From assembly GCF_963921235.1 (NCBI RefSeq), contig NC_086107.1, forward strand, positions 95,420,001-95,484,000: a stretch of 64,000 nt of DNA, written 5' to 3'. Shown here piece after piece: positions 14,274 through 27,944 of the stretch (position 1 is the first letter of the stretch; each line of letters begins with the position of its first letter). A program made the translations under genes and the position numbers. The notes under the pieces are model-generated. The model did no database searches and was not told where the DNA came from. It saw nothing but the letters and a program-made list of their open reading frames with translations. The stretch is from Mobula hypostoma (taxonomy: Eukaryota).

Positions 14274-14500
14274 TTGAAGCAACAGGGCAGTAGTAGCGGC
14301 TACAACTGGCTCAGTCTGTTTATTTTGAGAACGGTAAATGTAGAACAAGACTGAAATATCAATGTTTAATGGCTCATCTGAACAAAATATTGTTCATAGT
14401 TATAGTAAACTTATTAATTGATTCAGATTAAGATGAGAGTTGTATTTTAATAGATGGTTTTTCCTCACAGGTTATTGAACCACTTCACTGGCAGCAGTAA
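14274..14500 (+). CDS. Candidate last two coding exons of an unidentified gene (14274-14333 LKQQGSSSGYNWLSLFILRT; 14471-14500 VIEPLHWQQ*)
   Basis: aaatag|...ACG|gtaaat and ttttcctcacag|...TAA, phase 0-0, in a repeat-free AT-rich island followed by several AATAAA. No homology recognised. Confidence 0.3.
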
Positions 14501-15378
14501 GCAATGATGGCAGCCTCAAAGAACAGCCTAAGGATTGGAGAATGGACTAGAGTGTATAATTTCTATACTTCTATTGATATTCAATATTCTCAGGATGAAA
14601 GACCCATCCATTATTATTTTATAATATGTACCATTGAAAATAAAGACATTTTATGGTATTTGAAAACACTTTCAATGTTTGGGTCCCAGAGGACACAACT
14701 TCCATACCCCAAAAATGAAAAGTCAATGTTTGATGACAATGTTAAAAATCTAATTAAATAGCACAGATACCAATAAACAATAAAATTCCTTTCCAGCATC
14801 ACTGTAAGCTACTTCAATGATGGATGTATTGTTGAGCATATTCCAGTGATAGATATCTGTATATTGTGCCAAATAAATTTTATCACAGTGCAGAAAGAAT
14901 TGGATGAGGTATTTTCCTTAAGCTCATTTAAAGTTGCTTGTCTTTTATAAAAAGTAAATCTTAGAATATAAAACAATAAAGGACAGGAATGGGTCTTTAT
15001 GCTCACAATTGTTCTGCCAAACTAATTACTATCAACAAAACAAACATAATGGCAACCAAAATTAATCCTTTAATAATAACCCTTTACAATAATAATTACT
15101 GATTACAAATTATTTATTTAGTTATTAATAATAATCCTTTACAATATCCATACACCTCTATTTCCTGTACATTCAGGCACCTATTTTAGTTTCCTAAATA
15201 CCTCTATTGTATATTTGACTCCACCACCATCCCCGGCAGCACATTCCAGGCACCCACCACTCTTATGAAAACATTCCCCAACACATTCACTTTGAACTTA
15301 CACCACCCCCTACCTTAAATGCATGCCCTCTAGCATTAGATGTTTCAACCCTGGGGAAAAGATACCTATGCCTCTCAT

Positions 15379-17000
15379 TGCCAGGGAATGTAGAGAAGGC
15401 TTGACCCAAGAGTACAGTAGAGGAGACAATTTAGCAGTAAACAATATTTTACTAATACATTGCAAAACATCAAGTCACAAGGGGGCCACAAAACAAGAGA
15501 ATAGATACTTAACAGGGCAACAAGGTAGTTGAAGGTGGTTGATGTTGTCTGGTTCAAATGAGTGACCAAGGACCGTGGATGACAGCTGGGTGGAGACTGG
15601 GAGGTGCCTCCCTGTGCAAGCCTGACAGGCTACCCCCTTCTTACGATCAGCACCCAGCAGCCCAGGGTGATTAGGATAGGTCTGGTGGAACACCTCAGCC
15701 AGTGATGAAACTGGATGGCACCCAAGACTTCTCCTCCAGGCCATATCCTTCCCAGTTGACCAGGTTCTGCACACCTCGTCCACAACAATGTGAATCCACC
15801 AACCTGCAAACCATGTACACTGGACCACCTTCCACCATCCTTGGTTCCAGGTGTGCAGGCTCAGGTAGATTGAGTGCTCCAGGACAACGGGCTTGAGGCA
15901 GTATACGTGGAAGGCAGGTGTGATCCCGAGGGATACTGAAAGCTGGAGACGGTAAGTGACTAGGTTGATATGATCGGTAAAAGGGCTATTGAACAGAGCA
16001 ACAACTTACTGGAGTTGGTGTGCAGGGTCAGATCTTGAGTAGACAGCCAGACACAGTCACCATGCCAGCCATTTCAGCCCAGAGCAGATAATTCTTTCAT
16101 GTGGAAGGGTTAGAGGGGAGAAGTATCGCAGAGACTTCTCCACTTACTGATTGGCTCTTTCTCTGACCATTGGAGTGCAGATGATTGCCAGAGGACAAAT
16201 TAACTGAGATTTGGAGGAGGGAGCAGAGGGCTTGTCAGAAGTGGGAGATGAATTGTAGTCACTGGTTTGACACAATGTTCCAAAAGAATCTGTGGAGGCA
16301 CACGATGTGTTGGAAAATGAGGTCTGCCACCTCAGCAGCTGATGGAAGTTGGGAGGGCAATGAAGTGGGCTGCCTTGGAGAACTGGTCCACCACTGTCAT
16401 GATCCCCATAGCCCCATCTGAAGGTGACAAATCTATGGTGATGGAGGACAATGGGTGTCAAGGGAACGGTAGGGGTTGCAGGAGCCCAGATGTCCACTGG
16501 TTGGAGGAATTGATGTGGACACATTGAAGACAGGCAACAACAAATTGGCATACATCTGCGATCATGGTAGGCCACCAGAACTTGGAGAAGAAATCCAGAG
16601 TCTGTTGTGCACCTCAATGGCTGGAGAGGGATGAGGTGTGGGCCCTCTGGAGTGCCTCAGAGGGTATGGCTGCTGGCATATACATGTGATTGTCAGCTGT
16701 GTCGGCTGGAGCAGGTTTGTGCTATACGGCCTGGTCAATTTGGTTCTCAAGGTCCCAGATGATTAGGGCGAGGATCTGTCAGGATGGAATGATGAGCTGA
16801 GGGTCAATCTCCGTTTCAGCTGGGTTGAACTGTCGTAACAGGGTGTCCACTTAGTGCTCTTGGGCTGGGTTGGTAGGACATGGTGAAGCTGAATTGCCCA
16901 AAGAAGAGGGCCCCGCATGCCTGACGTGGGTCGAAGTGTTGGCTGCTTGAGGAACTCAGGCTCAAAGTTGATGACCTGGAATCTGAGCTTTAAACACTGT
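15379..17000 (-). mobile_element. Decayed chromodomain-bearing Gypsy (chromovirus-like) 3' half with 3' LTR
   Basis: RQA..ALFFGQFSFTMSY (RH end); [45 protein letters not shown] (chromodomain). PPT AAGAAGGGGGT followed by LTR ~15379-15627 (TGTCAGG...CCTGGCA). Confidence 0.8.
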
Positions 17001-17979
17001 GATGCGTCAGAAAGGGGGAGAATTATCTGTACACTGAGTTTCAAGAGGCAGTCACACCCATTAGATTAACTACTTCATATTCAGTTTGCGATCAGGTACA
17101 AGATGGAGAGACTTTGAATGAGGCATGTAGGGGGATCCAAGAGGTGGCACTGGAGGACCTCAGCTGTTGAGATTTCCCACCAGGTCTGAGATTATTTTTC
17201 CCTGTGAGGATGAGATTGGGGGCTGTGGGAAAGATGAACAACTAAACAATGGCACTGTGGTTCAGGAAGCCCTTCAAGAGTGAAGGGGGTAGAAGGGAGA
17301 AGAGAAATATAGTTGTAATTGGGGGTAGTATAGTCAGAGAAATAGACACAATTCTCTGTCACAAGGATTGAGTGCCCTGAAGGCTGTGTTGTTTACCTGG
17401 CTGTCAAATCTACTTGTCATCTTTTTGTCTCCAGTCCTGCTGAACTGTTCTTTTTTCTATAGATGATGTCTGGCCTGCTGAGTTCCTCCAGCATTTTGTG
17501 GGTGTTGCTTGTCCACCTGGTGCAAAGGAATTTGTAGTGGGAGGGGAAAGATTCAATTGTCGTGGTCCATGTGGGTACCTACAATGTAAGAAAAACAAGG
17601 AAAGAGGTTCTGCTGAGGGAATTTGAGCAGCTAGAAACTAAATTAAACCACTGAACCAAAAAGACAATCATTCTGGATTATTAACTGAGCCATGTATAAA
17701 TTGGCACAGGGTTAACAAGATTAAAGAGCAAAATGTATGGCTCAAAGATTGGTGAGGGAAAGGTGGGCTTGAATTTCTGGGATACTAGCACCAGTATGGG
17801 GTAAGGAAGGAGTTGTTCTGATTGGATAGGCTTCACAGAAACTATGCTGGGACCAGAATCCTGGTGAATTTCATAAACTGAGCCATGGGTAGGGCTTTAA
17901 ACTAAAGAGCAGGGAGTGGGTTAAAGAGCTTGAAAAATATGGAAAAAATAAAAGAGAGGAAGAATGCAGGAGAGGTTAT

Positions 17980-19140
17980 TCTGTCTCTGCCGTATCTGCT
18001 CTTGGAATGAGGCTTTTCATTCTAGAATGAAGATGTCCTCCTTTTTCAAAGAAAGGGGCTTCCCTTCCACCGCCAACAACAATACCCTCAAACACATCTC
18101 TTCCATTTCATGAATGTCTGCTCTTACCCCATCCTCCTACCACCCTAGTAGGGGTAGGGTTCCTCTTGTCCTCACCTACCACCCCACCAGCCTCCGTGTC
18201 CAGCACATAATTCTCCGAAACTTCCGCCACCTCCAACTGGATCCCACCACCAAACACATCTTTCCCTCCCCTCCCCCCCACTTTCTACTTTCCACAGGGA
18301 TCGCTCCCTATGTGACTCCCTCGTCCATTCGTCTTTCCCCACTGATCTCCTGCCTGATTCTTACCCTTGCAGGTGCTACAACTGCCCCTACACCTCCTCC
18401 CTCATTCAGGGCCCCAAACAGTCCTTCCAGGTGAGGTGACACTTCACCCGTGAGTCTGTTGGGGTCATTTACTGTATTTGGTGCTCCCTGTGTAGCCTCT
18501 TTTATATCGGTGAGACCTGACGTAGATTGGGAGACCGCTTCGCCGAGCATCTATGCTCCATCTAACAGAACAAACGGGATCTCCCAGTGGCCATCCATTT
18601 TAATTCCACTTCCTATTCCCATTCTGATATGTCTATCCATGGCCTCCTCCACTATTGTGATAAGGCTACGCTTAGGTTGGAGGAACAACACTTTATATTC
18701 CATTTAGGTAGCCTCCAACCTGGCGGCATGAACACTGATTTCTCAAACTTCCAGTAATGCCTCCCCCCCACCCCTTTCACCAATTCCCATCCCCTTTTCC
18801 CTCTCTCATGTTATCTCCTTGCCCGCCCATTGCCTCCCTCTGATGCTCCTCCCCCTTTTTCTTTCTTCCATGGCTTTCTGTCTCTTTCACCAACTAATTT
18901 CCTAGCTCTTTGCTTCATCCTTCCCCCTCCAAGTTTCATCTATTGCCTGCTAATTCTCTCTCTCCCCTCCCTCCCATCTTTCAAATCTACTCCTCAGTTT
19001 TTTTCTCCAGTCCTGCCGAAGTGTTTCGGCCTGAAACGTCGACTGTGATTTTTTTCCATAGATGCTGTTTGGCCTGCTGAGTTCCTCCAGCATTTTGGCG
19101 TGTTTCTCGGATTTCCAGCATCGGCAGATCTTCTCTTGTT
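17980..19140 (+). mobile_element. Penelope-like element 3' part (RT C-terminus, GIY-YIG, mutated hammerhead 19008-19045)
   Basis: RVPLVLTYHPTSLRVQHIILRNFRHLQLDPTTKHIFP; reverse-complement homolog of 3780-4968. Confidence 0.88.
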
Positions 19141-22080
19141 TGAGATCTCCTTAATCTCTTTTGACTCCATGCATAGATGATCACTCTGATCTCCCAGAGG
19201 ACTGATTTGTCCCTTGCTATCCTTTTGTTCTTAATATATCTGTACAAGCCCTTGGGATTCTCCTTCACTTTGTCTGGTAGAGCGACCTCATGCCTTCTTT
19301 TAGTCCTGATTTCCTTCTGAAGTGTCCTCTTGTATTTCTTGTACTCCAAGTACCTCATTGCTTCTTCCTGCCTATATCTGTTATATACCTCTTTTTTTTT
19401 CTTAACTATACCTCAATATCTCTCAAAAACCAAGGTTCCCTAAACCTGTTATCCTTGACTTTTATTCTGACAGGGATATACATACTCTGTACTTTCAAAA
19501 TTTCCACTTTTGAAGGTCTCCCATTTACCAAGTACACCTTTTCCAGGAAAAAACCTGTCCCAGTCCATACTTGCGAGATACTTTCTAATACCATCAAAAT
19601 TTGCCTTCCTCCAATTGCTAAATATATTTGACAAACTCTATACTATCCAGCCCTTTTACAGTATGAGAATCCCAGTCAATATGTGTAAAGTTAAAATCAC
19701 CTACTATCACAATCTGATGTGACTGCCCCAACACTAATCCCTGGGACATCCAATAGTCACAGGCTTCTAGTCAGAGAATTAATCTTTAATCATTAGCCTC
19801 TCCTTCCTATCATTGAGAATTTTTTGAATCCACCTCACTAGTTCTCCCTGAATCCGACATAACCTAATCTTCCAGATCAGACTGCCATATGGGACCTTGT
19901 CCAATGCCTTACTAAAGTCCATATAGACAACATTGACTGTCCTAACTGCATCTATCCCTTTAGTTATTTCTTTGACAAACTCAAAAGGATTCCTCAGATA
20001 TGACCTCCCATGCACAATGCTGACTATTCCTGATTAGACTTTGACAATACAGGCAATGGTAGATCTTGTCCCTCAGAATTCCCTCCAGTAACTTTCCTAC
20101 AACTGAAGTCAGGCTCACAGGCCTGTGTTTCCCTGGCCTATCTTTGCTATCCTTCTAAAACAATGAAAGGACATTAGCCATCCTCCAGTCTTCTGTAATT
20201 GACCAGTGGTTAATGACCAAGCAATTTCTTCCCTGGCTTCTCATAAGATCTGTGGGTACAGTTGGTCAGGCACTGGGGATTTGCCCAACTTGATGTGTTT
20301 CAACATCGTGAATATCTCCTTCCTTATAATATGCAGATGTTCCAAGACCTCACGACTTATTACCCTAATTTCTTTACTAAGTGATGTTTGCTTCCTTCTA
20401 TTTCCTGATCAGAGCCTCAATATCTTGTGACAGCCAGGATTTAGTGAATTTGACATGTCTATCGTTCACCTAGCAAGATCATGCTGCCCCCGTACTCTTG
20501 AAATGAACCTTTTAAAAACCTCCCACTTGCCAACTGTTCCTTTGTCTTTAAATAGAGTTGTCCTTTTGAACCCAGTTAGATCCTAACTAATGCATGAATG
20601 ACATCTTGGGGCAGCATGGTAGTGCAGTGGTTAGCACAACACTTTACAATACCAGTCACCTGGGTTCAATTCTTGCTGCTGCCTGTAAGAAGTTAATACA
20701 TTCTCCCCATGACCATGTGTTTCCTCCAGATGCTCCACTTTCCTCCCACAGTCCAAAGGCGTACCAGTTGGTAGGTTAATTGATCATTGTCAATTGTCCC
20801 GTGATTAAGCTAGGATTAAATCAGGGGATTGCTGGGTGGCACAGCTCGAAAGACAGATCCCGTGCTGCATCTCAATAAATAAATAAAGCCCTCAAAGTTG
20901 GCCCTGCTTCAGTTCAGGATTTTAACCTGTGGACCTGTTCGATATTTTTCATAGCTATTTAAAAATGAATAGAAATGAAGTCACTGGACCACTGGACACA
21001 AAATAATCCCTTCTTGTCACTTCAGTTATTTTATCCACCTCATTCCCTAAGAAGATATCCAATGCATTCATATCATCCATATTTTCATCCAAGTAATTTG
21101 TGTGTATCTCTTTCTGTCTGAATATATATATATATATTCCAGTATGAATCACTGTGGAACACCGCTCATCATGTACCTCCAGCCAGAATAAGTTCCATTG
21201 ACCACTATCTTCTGTCTCTTACAGGCAATTCAATTCTGAATCCAAACTGTCAAGTCATCCTGTTTTCTCATGCATCTTAATCTTCTGGATTTGCCTCCCA
21301 TGAGAGACCTTGTCAAACCTTGTCTAAAATCCAACGTTCACAGCTCTACCTTCATTAAGCACTTTGTCATCTCCTTGAAAAATTTATCACGTTAGTAAAA
21401 CATGGCTTCTCCCACAGAAAACCATGCTGACTGCCCCTAATTTGGCTATGGTTTTCCAAATGCTCATAAATCCTATCCCTAAGAATTCTCACCTGAGCCT
21501 CTGCTCACTTACTCCACCCATTTACACTAAAGTTTCAAGTCCCACTCTTAAACTGAACCTCTCCACAATGGCCACACCACTTACCTTGGCAGTGTTGTCC
21601 AATGAGTTAATAACTAAACAGAGACGTACTCTTTTAACCCTTTCCCACTCTCATTATCACTCCTATAATAGCTTTCCTACCACTGATGTGAGACTGACTA
21701 GTCTATAGTCTCCAGGATTATCTCAATTTCCTTCTGGTACAACAAAGTAGCATAACTATGTGCCAGTCCTCCGTGATCTTGACTGTGCAAGAGGATCTTG
21801 GTGAAGGCCCCAGCAATTTCATCTCTTGCCTCTCAATAAACTGGGGTAATCCCATCTGACGCTGGGGACTTGACCATCTTAATGTTCTTTGCGAGACCTA
21901 ATGCTTCCTCCTTCTTTATCTCAATATGCTCTAGCATATCAGGACACTCTACAATGACCTATCTTCCATGTCTTTCTCCTTGGTAAAAGCCACCATAAAA
22001 TACTTATTTAGGACTGCCTATATGCCCCACATATAAACACATGTTCCGTTCTTTATTTGAGTGGTCTCGTCTTCTCACTA
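19141..22080 (-). mobile_element. Cluster of CR1 ORF2 fragments
   Basis: NWRKANFDGIRK, VVYMDFSKALDKVPYG, KENPKGLYRYIK. Confidence 0.8.
20607..20887 (+). mobile_element. tRNA-derived SINE (HE1/V-SINE-like)
   Basis: A box (tagtgcagtgg), B box (ggttcaattc), V-SINE-like core ttcctcccacagtccaaag, (AAAT)n tail. Related fragments at ~24474-24650 (+), 7770-7912 (-) and 56200-56410 (-). Confidence 0.75.
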
Positions 22081-22084
22081 GATA

Positions 22085-23960
22085 TAAGACCATGAGAGCA
22101 TATGGGAGGTATGAGAGCAGAATTAAGACATTTGGCACATTGAATCTGGTCCACTATTTTCAACCCCATTCTTCCCATTTTAGTTTTAACCTTCCCCACC
22201 ATAGCAATCAGGACAATATCATTGATACCTTAAGTACACCAATGACTTGGCCTCTACAGACCTCTGTGGCAACAAATTTTAGATTAACTACCCTCTGGCT
22301 TAAGGAATTCCTCATTTCAGTTTTAAAAGAATATCCCTTTATTCTGAGGCCATGCCCCCAAATCCTTGGTTCTCCTACTAACAGAAACATATTCTTCATG
22401 TCTACTCTAACTAAGCTTTTCAGTACCCCATATGTTTCAATGAGGTCCTCCCTCATCTTTCTTAAACTCAATCCCATGGTTGATGAAGCTCAATGCACTG
22501 TACGCCTTCTTAACCACAGAGTCAACCTACGCAGCTGCTTTGAATGTCCTATGGACTCGGACCCCAAGATCCTCGGATCCTCCACACTGCTAAGAGTCTT
22601 ACCATTAATACTATATTCTGCCATCATATTTGACCTACCAAAATGAATCACCTCACACTTATCTGGGTTGAACTCCACCTGCCACTTCTCAGCCCAGTTT
22701 TGCATCCTATCGATGTCCCGCTGTAACCTCTGACAGCCCTCCACTATCCAGAACATCCCCAACATTTGTGTCATCAGCAAATTTACTAACCCATCCCTCC
22801 ACTTCCTCATCCAGGTCATTTATAAAAATCACAAAGAGATGGGGTCCCAAAGCAGATCCCTGAGGTACACCACTGGTCACCGACTGCCATGACCTGTCTA
22901 CAACCACTCTTTGCCTTCCGTGGGCAAGCCAATTCTGAATCCACAAAGCAAGGTCCCCTTGGATGCCATGCCTCCTTACTTTCTCAATAAGCCTTGCATG
23001 GGGTACCTTATCAAATGCCTTGCTAAAATCCATATTCACTATATACTGCTCTACCTTCATCAATGTGTTTAGTCACATCCTCAAAAAACTCAATCAGGCT
23101 CGTAAGGCATGACCTGTCTTTGACAAAGCCATGTTGACTATTCCTAATCATATTTTGCTTCTCCAAATGTTCATAAATCCTGCCTCTCAGGATCTTTTCC
23201 ATCAACTTACCAGCCACTGAAGTAAGACTCTCTGGTCTATAATTTCCTGGGCTATCCCTACTCCCCTTCTTGAATAAGGGAACAACATCTGCAACCCTCC
23301 AATCCTTTGGAATCTCTCCCGTCCCCATTGATGATGCAATGATCATTACCAGAGGCTCAGCAATCTCCTCCCTTGCCTCCCACAGTAGACTGGGGTACAC
23401 TTCATCCGGTCCCAGAGACTTACCCAACTTGATGCTTTCCAAAAGCTCCAGCACATCCTCTTTCTTAATGTTCAACCTTTTCAATTCACTGTGAGTCATT
23501 CCTACAATCACCAAAATCCTTTTCCATAGTGACTACTGAACCAAAGTATTCATTTAAGTACCTCTGCTATCTCCTCCGGTTCCATACACACTTTTCCACT
23601 GTCACACTTGATTGGTCCTATTCTCTCATGTCTTATCCTCTTGCTCTTCACATACTTGTAGGTTTACAAAATGGGTTTTCTTTAAGCCTGTTTGCCAAGG
23701 CCTTCTCATGGCCCCTTCTGGCTCTCCTAAGCTAATTCTTAAACTCCTTCCTGCTAGCCTTATAATCTTCTAGATCTCTATCATTACCAAGTATTTTGAA
23801 CCTTTCAGAAGCTTTTCTTTTCTTCTTGACTAGATTTTCAACAGCCTTTGTACACCACAGTTCCTGTACCCTACCACCCTTTCCATCTCATTGGAACGTA
23901 CCAATGCAGAACACCACGCAAATATCCCCCAAACATTTGCCACATTTCTGCTGTACACTG
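22085..23960 (-). mobile_element. CR1 LINE RT fragments (two merged copies)
   Basis: [48 protein letters not shown]. Confidence 0.9.
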
Positions 23961-24009
23961 GACTGTCTAACACCTTATAAAGCCTCAGCATTATGTCCTT
24001 GCTTTTATA

Positions 24010-25710
24010 TCGCTGGTAGCAATAAAATTGGTGGTGTCATAGACAATGAAGAGGAGTTTACAGGAACTGAAGTGAGATTTTGATTGGTTGGGTAGGTGTG
24101 GTGATGAATTGCAAATAGAATTTAATATAAAGAAGTGCAAAGTGCTACATTTTGGAAGGTCAGTCGAAGGTGGACTTTTACATTGAATGGAAGGCCCCTG
24201 GGTGCTATTGTAGAACGAAGGCACCTCAGAGCGCAGGTACATAGTTCCCTTAAGGTGTTACCGGTTGATAGGGCAGCAAAGAAGGCTTTTGGCAGGCTGG
24301 CCTTCATCAGTCAGGTCACTGAAGTTTGGTTGCTCTGTTGTCAGAAGGATTAATTAAACTGGAAAGAGTACAGAAAAGATTTACATAGATGTTGCCAGGA
24401 TATGAGGGATTAAATTATAGGGAGAGGTTAGACAGGCTGGGACTTCACCTTTTGGAGCATAGGAGACTGAGTGTGGTTCAATTCCACCGCTGTCTGTAAG
24501 GTGTTTGAAAGTTCTCCCTGTGACCATGTGAATTTCCTTCCACACTCCGGAGATGTATAGGTTAGTACGTTAATTGCTCACATGCATGTAATTAGGTAGC
24601 ACAGTCTTTTTTTGGCCGAAAGGGCCTGTAACCGTGCTGTATCTCTAAATTTGAAAATGAGATATACAAAATCATGAGGGGAATAGATGTGTGGTAATTT
24701 TTTCCAGGGTTGGGAAAATCGAAAACTAGAGGACTTTATTTTATTGTTTGAGGTTAAAGGTTTAGTAAGGACCCATGGGACAACTTTTTTTGATAACAGT
24801 TGGTAGGTATATGGAACCAGCTGCCAGAGGAAGTGGGGAATTGAGACAGGTGTACAAGATATACTTAAGTCGTATGTGGACAGGTTTATGGATGGCATGA
24901 GATCAGACGGACATGGGTCAAGTGCTGGGAAATGCTTGGATATACATCTTGGTCAGCATGGACAAACATGCATCAAAGAGCCTTTTTCCAACTCTATGAC
25001 TCTATATTCTCATTCTTTCCAAATGAATGCTAATATTGTACTTGCCTTTTAACTACTGACTCAACCAGCAAGTTAACCTTAAGGGAATCCAGAACTAAGA
25101 TTTCCAATTCCCTTTGCAACTTCAATTTCTCAATTCTCTCCCCATTTAGAAAGCAGTTTAATCCTTTATTCTTCCTACCAAAGCACATAATCCCACTCCA
25201 TATGTTGTATTCCACCTGCCACTTCTTTCAATCTGTCCAAGTCTTTCTGCAGACTTCCTGTCTCTAAGACTCTACCATCCCTCCACCTATCTTGGTACAG
25301 TATCTTCTGCAAACTTTGCCACAATGTCATCAGTTCTTTCATCCTGATCATTAATGTATAAAGTGAAAAAGCTGTGGTCCCAGAAAGACACCCTCAGAAC
25401 TTAACTAATCATGGGCACGCATCTCAACAGGTCCCCCTTATTTACCCATCTTTGATGTTGTCCAGTCAGCCAATCTTCCTGCCTGTCCCAGTTTGCCTCC
25501 TATACCAAAGGTTCTTATTTTGTATAGCATCTTTGTGTGCATATTTTGTCAATGACTTGAAAATCCAAGTAAAATAATATCTTCCAACTCTTAGTCTAAC
25601 CTGCTTGTTATCTCAACAAAAAAATTCTTACAAATTTGTCAGGAAAGAACACCCCTTAATGAACAATGATTTTGTTCTATTTTATCATGTACTTCCACCA
25701 AGTACTCCAA
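24010..25710. mobile_element. CR1 3' fragments (24010-25000 +; 25020-25710 -)
   Basis: KCKVLHFG, RAAKKAFGRLAFI, RELEILVLDSLKVNL. Confidence 0.75.
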
Positions 25711-26265
25711 AATGATCTTAGAGAACAAGGTGGATAATCTTAAAAAGGAGACTCACCTACTTCAGGGAGATGCAGAACTGCTGTGTATTCTGTTTCACCG
25801 AGACCGAGGCTCTCCCCTGCCACCCCCGACTGTGCCATCTGACTGGAGGGTTTTTCAATCCATTGGATGGACTGCACAACGTCTTCGGGCAACACAAGAG
25901 GAGGTGGTGTCTACCTACTGATCATCACTGGGTGGTGCTCGGACACAGTGGCACTGACAAGCTCTTGCAGCCCGGACCTGGAACAGCTGTCAGTGAAGTA
26001 CCGTCCCTACTATCTGCCACGGGAATTCACCTCGGTCATACTGACAGCGGTCTACATTTCCCCCCAGGCGGACGTGGAGTGTGCTCTGAACATACTGTAT
26101 GCCAACATCTGTGAACTGGAGACCAGGTATCCGGAGGCTTGGGACTTTAACCAGGCCAACCTCAGAAAGGCCCTGCCAAAGTTATACCAACATGTCTCCT
26201 GCCCCACTAGAGGCCCGAATATACTTGACCATTGCTACACAGCAGTCAAGGATGCTCTATCAGCA
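25710..26265 (+). mobile_element. Rex1/Babar-type LINE endonuclease fragment
   Basis: RGGGV..WCSD..CSPDLE..RPYYLPREFTSVILTAVYI..DFNQANL..PTRG.NILDHCY. Confidence 0.85.
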
Positions 26266-26841
26266 GTTCATCCTGCTCTGCTCAGCTGCTCCTTTGGATA
26301 CCAAACAGCAGGAGTGTTGAAGAGATCTAGGGGTACAGAAACATGGTTTAAGCTGAGATTGAAAGGGCAATTGAGGTTCAATTTTTTTGCATTTTGGCAG
26401 GTATATTGAAGGAGCTGTCAGAGAAGGTGTTAGGCATAAGTACAATTAAATGTTTAAAAAACATTCATACAGGAAATATTTAGACAAATAGTGGGCCTAA
26501 AGATATTAGCTTAGGTAGGAATCTTGTAGCATGGATAAGTTGGACAAAAGAACCTGTTTCTCTGTTGCATAACTCTACGAATGTCTCTAAGGATAGTCTC
26601 TCTCATCTCACTTCTACATTTCAGCTGTTAGATCAAAGCTATGAAGGCTATAGCCTGCAGTCCTGGGAAAAAAACAAACTTCAACGAGCAGGTTATTGGA
26701 GATTACGTCCTACCTTCACTCGGTTGATAACTGAACTAGGTGGCAATTGGCTAGATCAGATTTGCTTTTTGTAAACAAGACAAACCTGGACAGTTTTTCA
26801 GATTGTCGAATAAGCACCAAAAACATTACTGTACTGGATCA

Positions 26842-27020
26842 CAAACATGAAAAAATCTGCAGATGCCGGAAATGCAAAGCAACACACACAAAATGCTGGA
26901 GGAATTCAGCAGATCGGGCAGGTCCTGATGAAGGGTCTCGGCCTGAAACATCAATTGTTTACTCTTTTCCATAGATACTGCCTGGCCTGGTGAGTTCTTC
27001 CAGCATTTTGTGTGTGCTGC
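26842..27020. mobile_element. Penelope-derived fold-back mini-element containing a hammerhead motif
   Basis: 14-bp TSD ACTGTACTGGATCA (26828-41 / 27021-34); ~43-bp imperfect inverted arms around CTGATGA..GAAA. Confidence 0.85.
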
Positions 27021-27944
27021 ACTGTACTGGATCAGTCAGGCTTGAGATACTTCTTCCAGACACCACTTCACTTTCACTGATTTGAACTATGTCCCTATAT
27101 CCCACTGCAATGCACTTTAGATGACTGCTCTAGTCCTGTGGTTTCTCAAAATACAAGAGATTCTGCAGATGCAGGAAATCTTGAGCAATGAATATAAAAT
27201 GCTGCAGGAACTTTGCAAGTGACATATATTGAATGAGCTGCTGAGGAAGCTCAGGGTAGGTTCAGAAACAATTTTTAAAGGACAGTTGGACAGGTACGTG
27301 AATAGGAAAGATTTAGAAAATTCCCGACCTAAACAGGGACAAAATGGAATAAAATTGGAGGGCATCTTGGTTAGTGTGTACTAATTGGGCCAAAGGGCCT
27401 GTTTCCAGGCTGTATTACTTTATAACTTCAGTCATGCAAAGCTGAAGAATCCTATTTATCTTCAAGTATGACACATTGATCTTAATTGAAAGCAAAGGGT
27501 ATATGAGCAATTTCTCCATTAGCCACAGGCGCAATGCTGATATATTCACTCAACGCTATTACATTGTCTCTGTCACAGCAGCAAGTGTAATAACCAGTTA
27601 CAAAATTTATACCCAGGACATGGCCATACTGGCTTGATTACATTTTACTGACCACGTGAAGGGGTTTGGGTCAATTGAAGTTTATACTGTAACTATTTTA
27701 GTAATGTCCTCAAAATGGTATTTGTGGTCTATTCTGCTTTAGGGGCAAAGAAACTATATAAATTATAATGGGACATGACAGAGACAGTGTTACAGTTGAC
27801 TATGAAAGAGGGATGGATATCAGTTCCAACAGTTGTAAAGAACTGTTCCAGCTAACTACTGTAATCTCGACGGTGACCAACTTCTGCAGACGCATTGCTA
27901 ATAAATTTTATAGCCGATGGTTAAACTTCAAATTGATTCCAGGT

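Noticed and set aside
20607..20680. tRNA-like A/B boxes
   Set aside because: SINE head followed by SINE core and tail; no complete cloverleaf.
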